A DNA stretch of 28,329 nucleotides from Octopus sinensis (lineage: Eukaryota): positions 1 through 28,329 of the forward strand of contig NW_021833568.1 of assembly GCF_006345805.1 (NCBI RefSeq), given 5' to 3'. Position numbers and translations under genes: made by a program. Below are positions 1 to 11,665 of this stretch, in pieces. Below the pieces are notes generated by a model. That model had not been told where the DNA came from, made no database searches, and was given only the letters and a program-made list of their open reading frames with translations. Positions within the stretch are counted from its first letter, which is position 1. Each line of letters starts with the position of its first letter.

Positions 1-147
1 TCACTCTTACTCACTTTTATTCTCTAACACACACGCTCCCTGTCTCTCTGTCTCACGTATGTAAACATATACATATATGCATATATTTATACATACATAC
101 ATGTATGCATATACTTATACATTCTACACATGCATATCCACTCTCTC

Positions 148-197
<50 letters not shown>
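1..197. repeat. Low-complexity/microsatellite tract (CA/TC/TACA-rich, ending in (TA)n)
   Basis: Visible directly; pure (TA)n at about 156-197. Confidence 0.9.
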
Positions 198-201
<4 letters not shown>

Positions 202-295
202 CAACAATTGAGGGTAAAATTAATTAATTAATCAATTTCACCAAGTATTCAGTATGCAAAGGGACCATTTAAGGCGAATTCAAATTATTACATTA

Positions 296-666
296 TATAA
301 AAGGGCTTAGTAAAATAAATTACTTTGCCGCATACTGAACTCATTAGAAATAGCAGCTAAAAAAACTTTTTTAAAAATATTCCAATACTTAAAGAAAACC
401 TCTCTCATATAGTGTTTGCTCAATTCAACTCACGCAAATATGGGGGTAGAGACATTAAAAAATCAAGTGCAAAGGTTATTTAATAACCTTTGCACTTGAT
501 TTTTTAATGTCTCTACCCCCATATTTGCGTGAGTTGAATTGAGCAAACACTATATGAGAGAGGTTTTCTTTAAGTATTGGAAATAGTTTTAAAAAGTTTT
601 TTTAGCTGCTATTTCTAATGAGTTCAGTATGCGGCAAAGTAATTTATTTTACTAAGCCCTTTTATA
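296..666. repeat. Near-perfect palindrome with ~185-bp arms and a 1-nt spacer at 481
   Basis: Left arm TATAAAAGGGCTTAG...AAAGGTTATT (296-480) is the reverse complement of 482-666, apart from a few changes in one A/T-run. Confidence 0.95.
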
Positions 667-687
667 ATATATATATATATATATATA

Positions 688-1983
688 CACGAGGGGCGTT
701 CAATAAGTAATGCCCCTGACCCACTTCCCATAGCAGTAGAGCAACGAAACTTGGCACAGTTATTAGTCTTTTTCTATATAGGAACAACCCAGAGTTACGC
801 ATTTCTCCCATTATTTGATGCAGCTTTGAATACCGTTTTTGTAGAAGACCCCAACTTGGTCCTCCAACCACGATGTGACTTCAGAAATCAAGGCTGCATC
901 ATCTGGGAAACACTTTCCTTTCAATAACAACTTCATGGCTGGGAAGAGGTGAAAATCAGAGGGTGCAAGGTCAGGAGAGTAAAGGGAATGGGGGATGAAT
1001 TCATAGCCGCACGCCTGTGCTTCTGATCTGGCGACACGCGAGTTGTGGATCGGAGCGTTGTCCTGCAGGAGGAGGATGACTTTGCTGATCTTTCCCCGCC
1101 TCTTGATTTTGATAGCTTCTCTTAATTTCCTCAAAAGTGAAGCATAATAGACTCCTGTAATTGTGGCACCCTTTGCCAGGAAATCTGTCATCATTACTCC
1201 GTCCTGGTCCCAGAAGACTGTGAGCATGACCTTGCCAGCGGAGGGCTGCACCCTTGCCTTCTTTGGAGGAGGAGAGTCACGGTGCTTCCACTGCATTGAC
1301 TGGGCTTTGGTCTCTGGATCATAGTGATGGACCCAGGTTTCATCTTGTGTAATCAGTCTTTTGAAAAATGTTGACTCATCTTCTTGGCACATCTCTAAAT
1401 TCATCCTCGAGGAATCGACGCGTTCTTGCTTCTGGAAAGGTGTGAGCAGCCTGAGAATCCATCTGGCAGACACCTTTTGCATATGCAAATGGTCATGAAT
1501 GATAGTTTCCTCAGACCCGGTGCTAATCTTGACCTCATGCGCTATTTGGCGAATAGTTATGCGTCGATCTTCCAAAATGGCAGCCTCAACTTGACGGACA
1601 GATGCCTTATCAATGGCAGAAGGGGGCGACCAGATCTGGGAGCTGTTTCCACAAAGTGCCAACCATGTTTGAATTCACGATGCCAGCATTTTACAGGTTC
1701 ATATGATGGGGCATCATCAACATAAGTTACTTTCATTTCATCAAAAGTACCCCGTGGTGTGCGTCCTTTCAAATACAAAAACCGGATCACTGCTCGACAC
1801 GCAACAGGCTCCATTTCCCACTTGACTCAGTTCAAATACCTGTAAATCAGAAAACACAAATAGTTCAGAGCTGTAATTTGCCACTTAATCTATAGAGATA
1901 TAAATAATTGCACAGGCAAAATTTTAGCTAGATCAAACAACTGCAAGTGGGTCAGAGGTATTACTTATTGAACGCCCCTCGTA
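688..1983 (-). mobile_element. Full-length mariner (Tc1/mariner, DD34D) transposon, 1296 bp
   Basis: 39-bp TIRs at 688-726 (CACGAGGGGCGTTCAATAAGTAAT...) and 1945-1983 with 3 mismatches, TA on both sides (686-687, 1984-1985), internal transposase. Confidence 0.97.
763..1814 (-). pseudogene. Mariner transposase with one frameshift and one premature stop
   Basis: ORF 1557..1814 gives the HTH N-terminus (MEPVACRAVIRFL). A frameshift near 1620-1640 leads into ORF 811..1662 with TQDETW, QDNAPIH and YSPDLAPSDFHLF (34 residues between the 2nd and 3rd Asp). After the stop at 811 the frame continues WEKCVTLGCSYIEKD* to 763. Confidence 0.95.
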
Positions 1984-2205
<222 letters not shown>

Positions 2206-2530
2206 TAAAGGCTAAAGACCCCCTTCGGTCATGAATGAGCATGAGATTGCACTTAGAAAGTTCCCCTTGGAGGCATAAATCCGAGCAAGGCTGTTTATGG
2301 AAGATCAGAAGCCGCCCATGCATACTGGTCCCTCCCCTCCACGCCACCGATGTTATCCAAGGGAAAGGCAAAGAGGGCTGATACAGCTTGGAAGCAGTGA
2401 GGGGTCACAACTCATTTCTATCGATTAGTGAACTGGAGTAACGTGAGATAAAGTGTTTTGCCCAAGAACACAACACACAGCTCGGACCAGGATTCGAACT
2501 CACAACCTCATGATTGTGATTCCAATGCTC
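2206..2530 (-). mobile_element. tRNA-derived SINE
   Basis: Reverse-strand B-box (GTTCGAATCC) near 2490-2500 and a GTTGTGTTCTTGGGCAAAACACTTT core; an opposite-orientation homolog lies at 12205-12475. Confidence 0.8.
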
Positions 2531-2534
2531 ACAC

Positions 2535-2997
2535 ACAAGAGTCAGCTGGAAGGTTCATTAGCTTATCAGTAAATCTAATGGAATGTGATCAAATGAGTTT
2601 TATTTTTCAACCTTCTCCCCCTTATGGTCCACACACATCTTCCATCAGTGTTGTGGTATTTGGGACCCATTGATGAACAAGCTTTCTTCCTGCTGCTCCA
2701 AAATGTCATCAGCAGCAGACATGTCGTCGTCATCACTGCGATAATGCTTCCCAGCCAGATGTTGCTTTTTGGGGTTTAGTTTTTCATATTTGGAAACAAA
2801 TGACAGTCAGGGGCCAAATCAGAGGAACAGGGAAGCTGGTCAACCACTTCAAAGCCACAGTCATATACAATAGCCATTGGAACCAAGGACTGACTTGTGT
2901 ACTGGGGCATTGTCCTGGCGAAATATGACCCCTTTTGGCAGGTTGCCTGGCCGTTTGGTCTTGATATCTTTTCGTAACCGCCTCAGCATGTTAGCAC
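2535..2997 (-). mobile_element. Degenerate mariner 3' fragment (same family as 8697-9925)
   Basis: Minus translation pieces KGVIFRQDNAPVHKS and SDLAPDCHLFPNMK; DNA similar to 8700-9080. Confidence 0.8.
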
Positions 2998-3351
2998 ATG
3001 TGATTCAGTCAACCCTGCATGAAACCATAAAATAATGTCTTATAAAATCAGAGAGAAGGTGAAATAATTCATTCTTGGAACAATTTAGTCCCAAAATAAA
3101 TGATGCTGTAAATAAGAGCGCTTTAATACTTGGTTAAAATCCACTTTGGATACAGAAATTGGCTGGGTTGCATTGGTCCAGGGGTAGAACGCTTGTGTAA
3201 TTTACAGGAGATGTTGGTTCGAGTTATACGGGAAGCGTTCAGCTTTATCTATTGAGAGGGTTTTTAACCTAATATTTAGCCCCTATTATGTATAGCTTTA
3301 TTGACTACAAGTTCTACAATACACAACCATATAAAAATATTCTTTTCTTCT

Positions 3352-3515
3352 CTAGGAACAAAGCCGGAAATTTTGGAGGAGGGGAAGTCGATTAGATCGA
3401 CTCCAGTACGCAACTGGTAATTAATTTATCGACCCCGAAAGGATGAAAAGCAAAGTCGACCTCGGTGGAATTTGAACTCAGAACGTAAAGACAGACGAAA
3501 TACCGCAAAGCATTT
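3352..3515 (-). mobile_element. SINE of a family typical of Octopus
   Basis: GTCGATTAGATCGACTCCAGTACGCAACTGG...TCGACCCCGAAAGGATGAAAAGCAAAGTCGACCTCGGTGGAATTTGAACTCAGAACG, recognised from memory as a high-copy octopus SINE. Confidence 0.75.
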
Positions 3516-3532
3516 AATTCAAACGTGAATTA

Positions 3533-3612
3533 AAGGACGCAACGCGTTGCCTGGAATCGAACTGACAACCATACGATCGTGAGTCGAATGCCCTAACCAC
3601 TCAGCCACCCAC
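3533..3612 (-). mobile_element. tRNA-like SINE head
   Basis: Minus strand GTGGCTGAGTGGTTAGGG (A box) ... GTTCGATTCC (B box); no complete cloverleaf. Confidence 0.7.
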
Positions 3613-3613
3613 C

Positions 3614-4023
3614 TTCAAGGTATTGACCTATCATCGTCGTGTGACAATCATAGTTGTCAACGAGAAGTCAGCTCCCCTCACAAATACATATACTTTTTCC
3701 AGTATCGATTGACACTGATATTGAAAAAGTGAAATCAAACAATGATAAATCTCAGAGCGAGTTATAAACAGTAGCGGCAACACATCGTGACGTATATTTT
3801 CCATTTGAATATGGCTAACCCCTAAGGGTGGATGCTACTGTAGTTTGTAGCCCCAGGAAGACACCTCCTCCAGCTGGCTATAGACACACTTTCCGTGCCC
3901 TATCAGTATTTGCAAAGGGAAGTCATCCTTCCCGTCTTCAACTTATGATACACACGGACTCGAGTTTCAAGGTATTGACCTATCATCGGCGTGTGACAAT
4001 CACAGTTGTAGACGAGAAGTCAG
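3614..4023. repeat. Two 58-bp direct repeats (3614-3671, 3966-4023), period 352 bp
   Basis: TTCAAGGTATTGACCTATCATCG(T/G)CGTGTGACAATCA(T/C)AGTTGT..ACGAGAAGTCAG occurs twice with 4 mismatches. Confidence 0.9.
3951..3995 (-). ncRNA. Minimal type I hammerhead ribozyme-like motif (U4C core variant)
   Basis: Minus strand CACACG-CCGATGA-T-AGGT caat ACCT-T-GAAAC-tcga-GTC-CGTGTG: 6-bp stem I, 4-bp stem II, short stem III with palindromic ACTCGAGT, GUC cleavage triplet. Confidence 0.7.
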
Positions 4024-4229
4024 TTAATTACAGGATGCGATATTCAAGAAAGAATAATGTGTGGGGTTGTCAGGAAGAGGAGATTAGGTATAGAGGCCCT
4101 TAGAACATGGAAAGGAAACTGCATAAACAAATGAAAAAATCTAAAATTCTTTGAAATACTTTCACCACAATTTACAACACAGGAATATTAAACATAGTAA
4201 ACAAGAAACCATAGAAGTTACCCTTTTCC

Positions 4230-4565
<336 letters not shown>

Positions 4566-5389
4566 CTCATCTCTTTTATGAGGTGTTAAGGGAAAAAATC
4601 TATTCTATAATTTTTTTCTCTCTCTTTTCTCTTACTTTTCCTCTCAAATCCCAGTCAATATATTTTTCTTGCTTTTGTTTTTATATTTTGTTCCTTACAT
4701 ACACTTCTGCTGCTGTATTTCTGTCCAGTGTTACCTTTGTTTAGCAACACTTCCATAAATTTATCAAACTTTAATCATGACACAGTCTTATCTTCTTGAC
4801 ATTCCAGTCAATAATGTTCAGAAATTTGGCTAAATATATTATTTCAGAGCAAATGTTTCACAGGAATTCTTCCACAGATTTGTAAAAACGATGTTATACA
4901 TGTTTTGTATATTTTCGTTTAGTCTTTAAAACATGGTAGACATTGATGATGCTTCTTCTGTCATCTGATGTTTTGAAATTATAAAGAAACAGCAGTGTAA
5001 AATGTGGAGGCTACTTAAAAAATACAGATTTATTTCTACTGAGATAAACTGTAGAAACAAACATTTACCTTAACAACTGAGCTGGATGCCAACAGCTCCA
5101 TAAAGAAATGCCAATCTCTCAAAGTAGATGGGAGTGGGACACCCAAGAAGATATGGGAGAGTTTCAGGTGATATGATAAAGACAAAGGTACCTGGCACCC
5201 AGCTGTACCCAAGAAAATCTGTACTCCACAGCAGAAATATTCAGACTCATCCGTCTGGTGGCAAAAAACACCTGTGACCTTTCTTCATAAAAGCAGATGT
5301 GCAGTGCCATGTTAAAGTGGCACCACATTAAAGCAACTCTTGGTGGCACATAAAATTGCCTGTGCAGTGCCACATAAAAGCAACCTGTG

Positions 5390-5545
5390 AACTGTGAGGT
5401 GGTTGGCACGAGGAAGGGCATTTAGCTCTCGGAACCATAAAAATTCACACTGGAGTGTGCTGCAGCTCCCCAGCTTGCCAGCCCTGCTCAAACCATCGAA
5501 TCGCTTCCAGTATAGACAACATAGGTCGAAAGATGACGATGAACT
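5390..5545 (+). mobile_element. Degenerate interspersed repeat with an RTE-type 3' end
   Basis: GGTTGGCACGAGGAAGGGCAT motif ending in a decayed (GAT)n tail; related pieces at about 12625-12760 (+) and 24765-24900 (-). Confidence 0.5.
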
Positions 5546-5959
5546 TCATTTATTAAAATTTACATCATAGAATCTTGTGTGAAGCTTAGATATTTGTCAA
5601 CTCCACTGACACCTTCACATTGTGTAAGGCTTTTCAAATAAAACTACAGAATGGTGGACACTAACATTAGTCTTTCTCCAGAAATATAACTTGACATTGT
5701 TGTTTAGATCCAGGTCAGTTCTGACTGAACAGACGTGTGATTATAGACATTCCACCCATGAACATCCTGTCTATTTCTCTTACATTCTATATATATAATT
5801 ATGTCAGTCTTCAATATTTGTAACCCATAGGAGAAATTGAAGAGAAATGTGCTGTTATTTCTAGTAGGTCATGTTGTCACATGGAGAACTGCCGGAACTA
5901 CAATTTTTATGACAGATGAAGCAAGAATAAACATTGATGAATAATGAAAAGCCAAGAAA

Positions 5960-6270
5960 ATTAGGAAAACAACTTTGATTTCCAACGATGTGATTTCAAG
6001 TTCAGTTCCACAGAGCAGCACCTTGAGCAAGTGTCTTCTTTAATAGCAGCATCTAAAGCCATCTGAGTGGATCTGATAAACAGAAACTCAAAGAAGGTAG
6101 TCCTGTGTGTTTTTGTGTCTTCATATCACTTAACACATGTCAATGCACATCAACCTGAAAATATGTACAGACATGGGGAAATATTACCTTGCTTGGAAAC
6201 TAGCAAGGGTTCACATGAAGAAGGCCATCTGGCAGAAAAATCTCTGCCTGACCCACAAAAGAATGAAAAA
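5960..6270 (+). mobile_element. Old degenerate SINE
   Basis: Decayed B-box region followed by a CACCTTGAGCAAGTGTCTTCT core and a GAAGGCCATCTGGC tail motif. Confidence 0.5.
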
Positions 6271-6799
6271 ATGGATTTTCTTAGCAGATACTTGTTTTGC
6301 ACATCATAATCATCATCTGCCCCATCGGTTTATTGTGAAAACTTTTATGCTTCCATGAGTCAAATTCTTTTTCTGTACTATACACTTAAAAGGGTAGGGT
6401 TAAAAAAACTCTTTTTAAACATACACAAAAAAGGTCATGAAATTGCTGAAAATTGCTGAAGTATATTTCCATCAATTATTTTCTGTTTGTGTCAGATAAA
6501 TTATTCTTTCATTTGTATCTGAAAAAAAGTTATGGTAAATTTTGATCCAATTCTCTTCCGCAGTCTCATCTGCAAATGAAACATCTCTTAGGTATTATTT
6601 TATTCTTTCACTCGCACGATTTTCAGTAAGAAAATAAAAATTCCAATGTTTCCGTGATATGGTGGGGGGCGAACCCCCTCACCACTTTTCCGAACAAAAA
6701 TAAGAAGTTTGCAACATATTAGGAGGTCAGGGTACTTGATACCACGCAAAAATATCCGAGGGTTTTTTTTTGGGTGGGGTGGGGATTTGGTAGACAGAA

Positions 6800-7007
6800 A
6801 CTGAAAGATGCCCGTCGTGTTTGTTTGTGTCCCGTGACCGCTTGACAATCAGTGTTGCTATATTTAGTTCTTTGTAGCTTAATGGTTTGTCAAAAGGCAA
6901 CAACAGAATAAGAACTAGGCTAAAAAAATAAGTCCTGATGTCGATTTGTCCAAAGGCGGTGCTCCAGCATGGCCACAGTCAGGTGATTGAATCAATCAAA
7001 AGAGTAA
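6800..7007 (+). mobile_element. SINE 3' half (octopus-type)
   Basis: AGAATAAGAACTAGGCT...AAGGCGGTGCTCCAGCATGGCCACAGTC...AAAAGAGTAA terminus, recognised as a common octopus SINE end. Confidence 0.6.
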
Positions 7008-7019
7008 TTCCACATCATT

Positions 7020-7240
7020 GCCTTCCTTCTTCATGAACGTCCATCGCCCTTCTATAGCCTGTGTATGGATGCTGTCATCATTTGGATCAACAACACTGGT
7101 TGAATCGCTGACAATTTAACGGGGTTATACAAGTTGTGGAGACCCACACAGGAACAGCCCAATCGAATATCAAACGGGTTTCATGAAATATTCGTATATT
7201 ACTCTCATCACTTCTGGTTTCTATAATAAAATACACTTTT
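7020..7240 (-). mobile_element. Merlin (IS1016/ISXO2-like) transposase relic
   Basis: Minus translation IVSDSTSVVDPNDDSIHTQAIEGRWTFMKK resembles the Merlin motif VNHSxxFVDPxTGxHTQxIExxWxxxK. Confidence 0.65.
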
Positions 7241-7560
7241 TGAAGGACAATTTACTTTCATCGAATATAGATTTATATTTAGCAGCAGATTTTTAGGGGA
7301 ATTTCTAGGGAAAGGAAGAAAAAACATTAAAAGTATAAAAGATTAAACCCCTCGCCACCCATCTTCTACTGGTTAATCCTTTCCCACTTCTTTCGTTTCC
7401 TTTGTTTCGTTGGTGAAGTAATTCCCTTTTTCTTCTGTCGATTATTTCATCTTTTAATACTTTCTCTTTCACCATCTAAAAATATTTTGCCAAATAAGAA
7501 TTTATATTCTATTATACGAACAAAAACAAATTCATCCTTTAACGACGGTATACATTATTA

Positions 7561-7727
7561 GGCGTAACTTCGGTATAAGTACCGGAAGCATTTCAAGAAA
7601 GTGTTTTTTTAATATATATGGTGGGGTCATGGTTAGGGTTAGGGTGGGAGAAAAGGGTTTCTGTTATCTTCAGAAATGTAAACAAAGCCACGTCCGGTAC
7701 TAATGGTACCTATACCGAAAGATCGCC
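7561..7727. mobile_element. 167-bp MITE with imperfect 23-bp TIRs and an 8-bp TSD
   Basis: GGCGTAACTTCGGTATAAGTACC ... GGTACCTATACCGAAAGATCGCC, flanked by CATTATTA (7553-7560) and CATTATCA (7728-7735); internal GGTTAGGGTTAGGG. Confidence 0.75.
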
Positions 7728-8403
7728 CATTATCATACCCAAGAATTGCAATGGTGTTCGGTAGCTTAAAAACGGGTGCAAATCATATTTTTATAACTTT
7801 TCATAAAAACATCTTTAAATCGAGAAAGAAACTTCCTCAATCACAAAGTTAATACAATATTAGGAGCTTTGCTTAAGTTGAAAATGATTCAACCATTTTG
7901 CTGGCGTATGTCATGTGATTAAGACGTCGTCATTCTAATATGGTGATATGAGTTGCAATTACCTGCTTCTTACACAATGGTCCGAACAATGGTTGTTTCA
8001 AGAAGAACCTAACTCAAATTCTTACGGTGGAATAAACAAGACTTATTCTGGTTATTAATTTCCCTTCCTTACAAATACCAAGCAGTAAACTTAGTAAAAA
8101 TGTAAGACAAACAAAAACATTGTCATTAGCTCACCTGTTTACCCTTAAACAACAACCTGTTTTAGTCCACTTCTTGCCAAAGACAAAATCGATTCTATTG
8201 TGTATTATTAATTATCCATTTTACCAATGACGCTAACCTCGATTTCATTAAATTACATTAATATATTTAATAGAATTATTTTACAGATAACATTTCAAAT
8301 GGAAATTAGGAATGGAACCTGTTCTCAGTCATCTGACATACAAAAACTTTGAGTAAAAGTAACATTTACAGAAATCAATTAGATATCATTATTTTCTACT
8401 CAC

Positions 8404-8475
8404 CTACTTGCCACCAATCGCTTCCCAATTGCCGTGCCACTTTCAGGAGATCCTTCTCCTTCAGTTTTTTAGTAT
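8404..8475 (-). CDS. Isolated 72-nt phase-1/1 exon encoding a death-domain N-terminus (paralog of 22986-23057)
   Basis: tttatttcag|AT ACT AAA...CAA GTA G|gtgagt; xTKKLKEKDLLKVARQLGSDWWQV(G). Same length, phase and flanking intron as the 22986-23057 exon. Whether it is expressed is unknown. Confidence 0.7.
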
Positions 8476-8696
8476 CTGAAATAAATACTTCCATGTTTTA
8501 CATTTTATAGTAAAATTCCTTAATCTTAATTAATAATCGATATTTTATTATCGTAAGATATTCGTATCATCAATGACCAAATGGGGACCGCAACTGTTTT
8601 GCCCAACATTTTCAAACGTTTTACACTGGTAGCATACAATAGCTTAATATCCAGCTAATCTTCCTAAATCACTTTTATTTATTAAGGTATCCTACA

Positions 8697-9925
8697 TATG
8701 ATGGTCGGTTGAAAAGTTCATATTCTGACAAAGATACTCTCAACGAATGTGAGCAAATGAGAGTTTGTATTTCAACACCCCCTCCTTGAGGTCCACGCAA
8801 TTCTTCCGTTGGTATTTCAGTTCTTGAATCCCATTGGTGAACAAGCTTTCATCCTGTTGCTCAAAAAAGTCCTCAGCAACAGATACGATGTCATCGTCAA
8901 TGCGATGACGATTCCCAACCGAGTATTTTTGAAAGTTGATGTACAAACGATAGTCAGAAGGGGGTAAATCGGGAGAAGAAGTAAGGTGATCAACTAGTTC
9001 AAAACCAGGGCCATGCTCAACAGCCATTGAAGGCAAGGACGTATGTGCTGGGTCATTGTCTTGTTTTGATGATACAGAACCCGTTGCATTAGTTTCCCGG
9101 GGCATTTGGTCTCGATAGTCTTTTGTAACTGCTTCAGTAAGATGGTATAATACCCTCCCTTGATGGCAGAGCCCTTCTGAAAATAGTCAATAAGCACAAT
9201 GCCTTTTGCATCACAAAAACCTGAGACTATCCCCTTCCATGCAGATGAAACGATGTCGGCCTTCCTTGGAACAGGTAAAGACGTGTGTTTCTACTGCATG
9301 GATTATCTTTTTGTCTGAGGCTCAAAGTGTTTAATCCAACACTCATCGTGGCTTAAGAAAGGTTCAAGGAATTCAGCTGAATCTGCTTCAAGCAATGTCG
9401 GATTTTAGAATAATGTGATCAGCCTAGTGTGCTTTTGATCAGGTCTCAGAAGACGTGGCACCCACCAAACAGAAACCATTGTCATGCCAAGTGCAGAATA
9501 TTCTCAAATCTGTCACCGAAAATGCTAATACCATTGGCTATTTGATTTATAGTCAATCACCCGTCATCCATCACCATGCGGTGAAAATGTTAAATGTTTT
9601 CCTCGGTGGTGAAAGTAGCAGGACGTCCAGACATTGGATCTTTTCAATACTCTCAGTTCGCCTCCTAAATTCAATTGTCCACTTTTGCACAGTTGATAAC
9701 GTTGGAGTGTCATCATCTAATATAGCAACCGTGTCAGCATGATCGCCCTTGGGGAATAAACCCTTTTTCTGCACGATGCCATATTTTGTCCATTTTCAAA
9801 AGAGGCCGCTACTAGTCACATTACAAGTCTTCTTTGAACATTCAGTTTTCAATTTATGTGGAATCAAAAAGTGCAGTTATTAATAAGAAGTGTTGAAATT
9901 AATGCATGCTAGATTTTACACGCTA
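8697..9925 (-). mobile_element. Old degenerate mariner, one TIR recognisable
   Basis: Fragmented transposase (LIDYFQKGSAIKGGYY, QDNDPAH, SSPDLPPSDYRLY, STVQKWTIEFRR) over several frames; TIR-like ATGATGGTCGGTTGAAAAGTTCAT at the left end. Confidence 0.88.
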
Positions 9926-9989
9926 CACTCTACATTTGTACAAACCTCATTAACTTCATATAACTAATTATCCACACGTTATGGCGGTG

Positions 9990-11350
9990 AAAAATATCTG
10001 AAATGGTACACAAGAACGGATGCTCAAGAATATATACGCAAGACGGAGATATAGATCAAACTGGACGCGGCAAATCTCGTATTTTCCGAGAGGTCCTCAC
10101 TTATCTATTGCTTATAACCCATCCTCTCTTTCTGCCATGATCTCAATGCCTCTACTCTTATTGGACAATGAGGTAGTGTACCATTGTCCTAAACATTTTA
10201 CATGTTTCTTTTCAACCTTTGACATGGTTTCACCTGCTATTTTGAACTTCTTCTGATGACCTTTGACAACTGACAGACTGCATTACTTATTAGCTTTAAA
10301 CCACACTCTTGACCAAGTAATTAGTCCATCCAGTCTATCCAGGACGATTTGTATATCATTTTACTCTCTTGTTATTATTGTCATATCATCAATTAATGCC
10401 TTCTCATGTGATTTCACTCGAGCCATTTCTTCTGATCAATCTGCTGATCTAAGTAGCTTCTCCATAACAAGCTCAAATGACCGATATTGTGCAACCTACA
10501 GGTATTTCAATTTCAAGACGATCCCACTCTGTTGTGAAATTTTCTGCCATGAACTGCATTTTGAAATTGTTATAGCAGCTCTTCATCAGATAATCTTTTC
10601 TTCCAGTATATAAAAGAAGTCCATTGCTTTCATCAACAACTGATTGGAGCTATCTACTGAGTGGTACAGAAATATAAGCATTAGCCAGATCAAACCATAC
10701 AACATTCAACTCCTTTTTACTCTCCTGTCTGTCTTGTATGCATCCCAGATTGAAAATGCTTGTTCCACACACCCACGAATTCCGGAGATGTCAGCCTTCT
10801 GGACATTTCCCGTCCTATAGACATGATTTTGTAGATATGCAGCTGATCCCGTAGCAAGTAAATCCATGTAAATCTTGTCATCTACAGTCAGGATTGAAAT
10901 TGGTCTGAATTGACCAATAAATTTTACTTTAGCTTCTTTTGTTAATTAAACTCTTCTGCCTTGCACCAGGCATCAACAGTTCATTTTTATGCTATAACAC
11001 TCTAAATGGAAGCTAAAGCTTATAACATAATTGCGTACAATACTTGTACACTTTGTCTTTATATGGTATACAAACACCTTCTGGGGCGCTCTTTCCTCTT
11101 GCTGAAATCAACCAAGCTGAAATATATGATTACTGCTTTCGATGGTCATTTCAAACTGTCCACGAGTACGAATGGTTGATCTCACTTTGGGTCACTGTAG
11201 GTCTCCTGTATATGGCCGTCCAGTCCATTTTCAGTATATTTTCCCCTACCATATTTAGTATCTGCAAACGGTTTCCTAGTAACCTCATAAGGGTTCTTAA
11301 GGATCTCTTCTCTAATTTGCTAACTCTCCTTTCTTCTGCCAATGTGTCTG
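9990..11350 (-). mobile_element. Degenerate Hero/NeSL-type (R2 group) non-LTR retrotransposon RT relic
   Basis: Minus translation KEAKVKFIGQFRPISILTVDDKIY, VQKADISGIRGCVEQAFSIW and KALIDDMTI, with many stops and frameshifts. Confidence 0.75.
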
Positions 11351-11665
11351 ATATTTCTTTGCATAAGTTAGAAAGGGAAGTTTAATATTCTTGAAGACCA
11401 AACAATCTTTCTAGGGTTTTTGGTACAATAAAATGTACCCAGGACCCTGTAGAATGTGGTTGGTGTTTGGAAAGACATACCACCATGGAAAAGTCGGAAT
11501 GTTGTAGTGAGATGTGTTCCTCAACCAATGACGGTGGATAGTAATTCTGAATAAGAACTGACTTGGATAGTGGCCATCCATCCATCCAATTGATAGGAAG
11601 ATGGAAATCAGATGATAAAAGATGAGGACGATGTCATTTATTGTATTGTATCTTGCAGCAAATAT

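Noticed and set aside
3533-3612. Possible tRNA gene (also 17158-17215)
   Set aside because: A and B boxes are present but there is no complete cloverleaf; they fit SINE heads.
3614-4023. CRISPR-like or LTR interpretation of the direct repeats
   Set aside because: Only two copies, a 294-bp spacer, eukaryotic context and no TG...CA ends.
6470-6569. Minus-strand acceptor tttgcag|ATGAGACTG as terminal exon for the 8404 death-domain exon
   Set aside because: The phase-1 translation (DETAEENWIKIYHNFF...) has no death-domain similarity.
8125-8150. Conserved GTAAACAG|GTGAG donor-like site (also about 22738-22760) as a microexon
   Set aside because: Implied lengths differ (9 versus 8 nt) and the acceptors are poor; shared duplicated intron explains the conservation.
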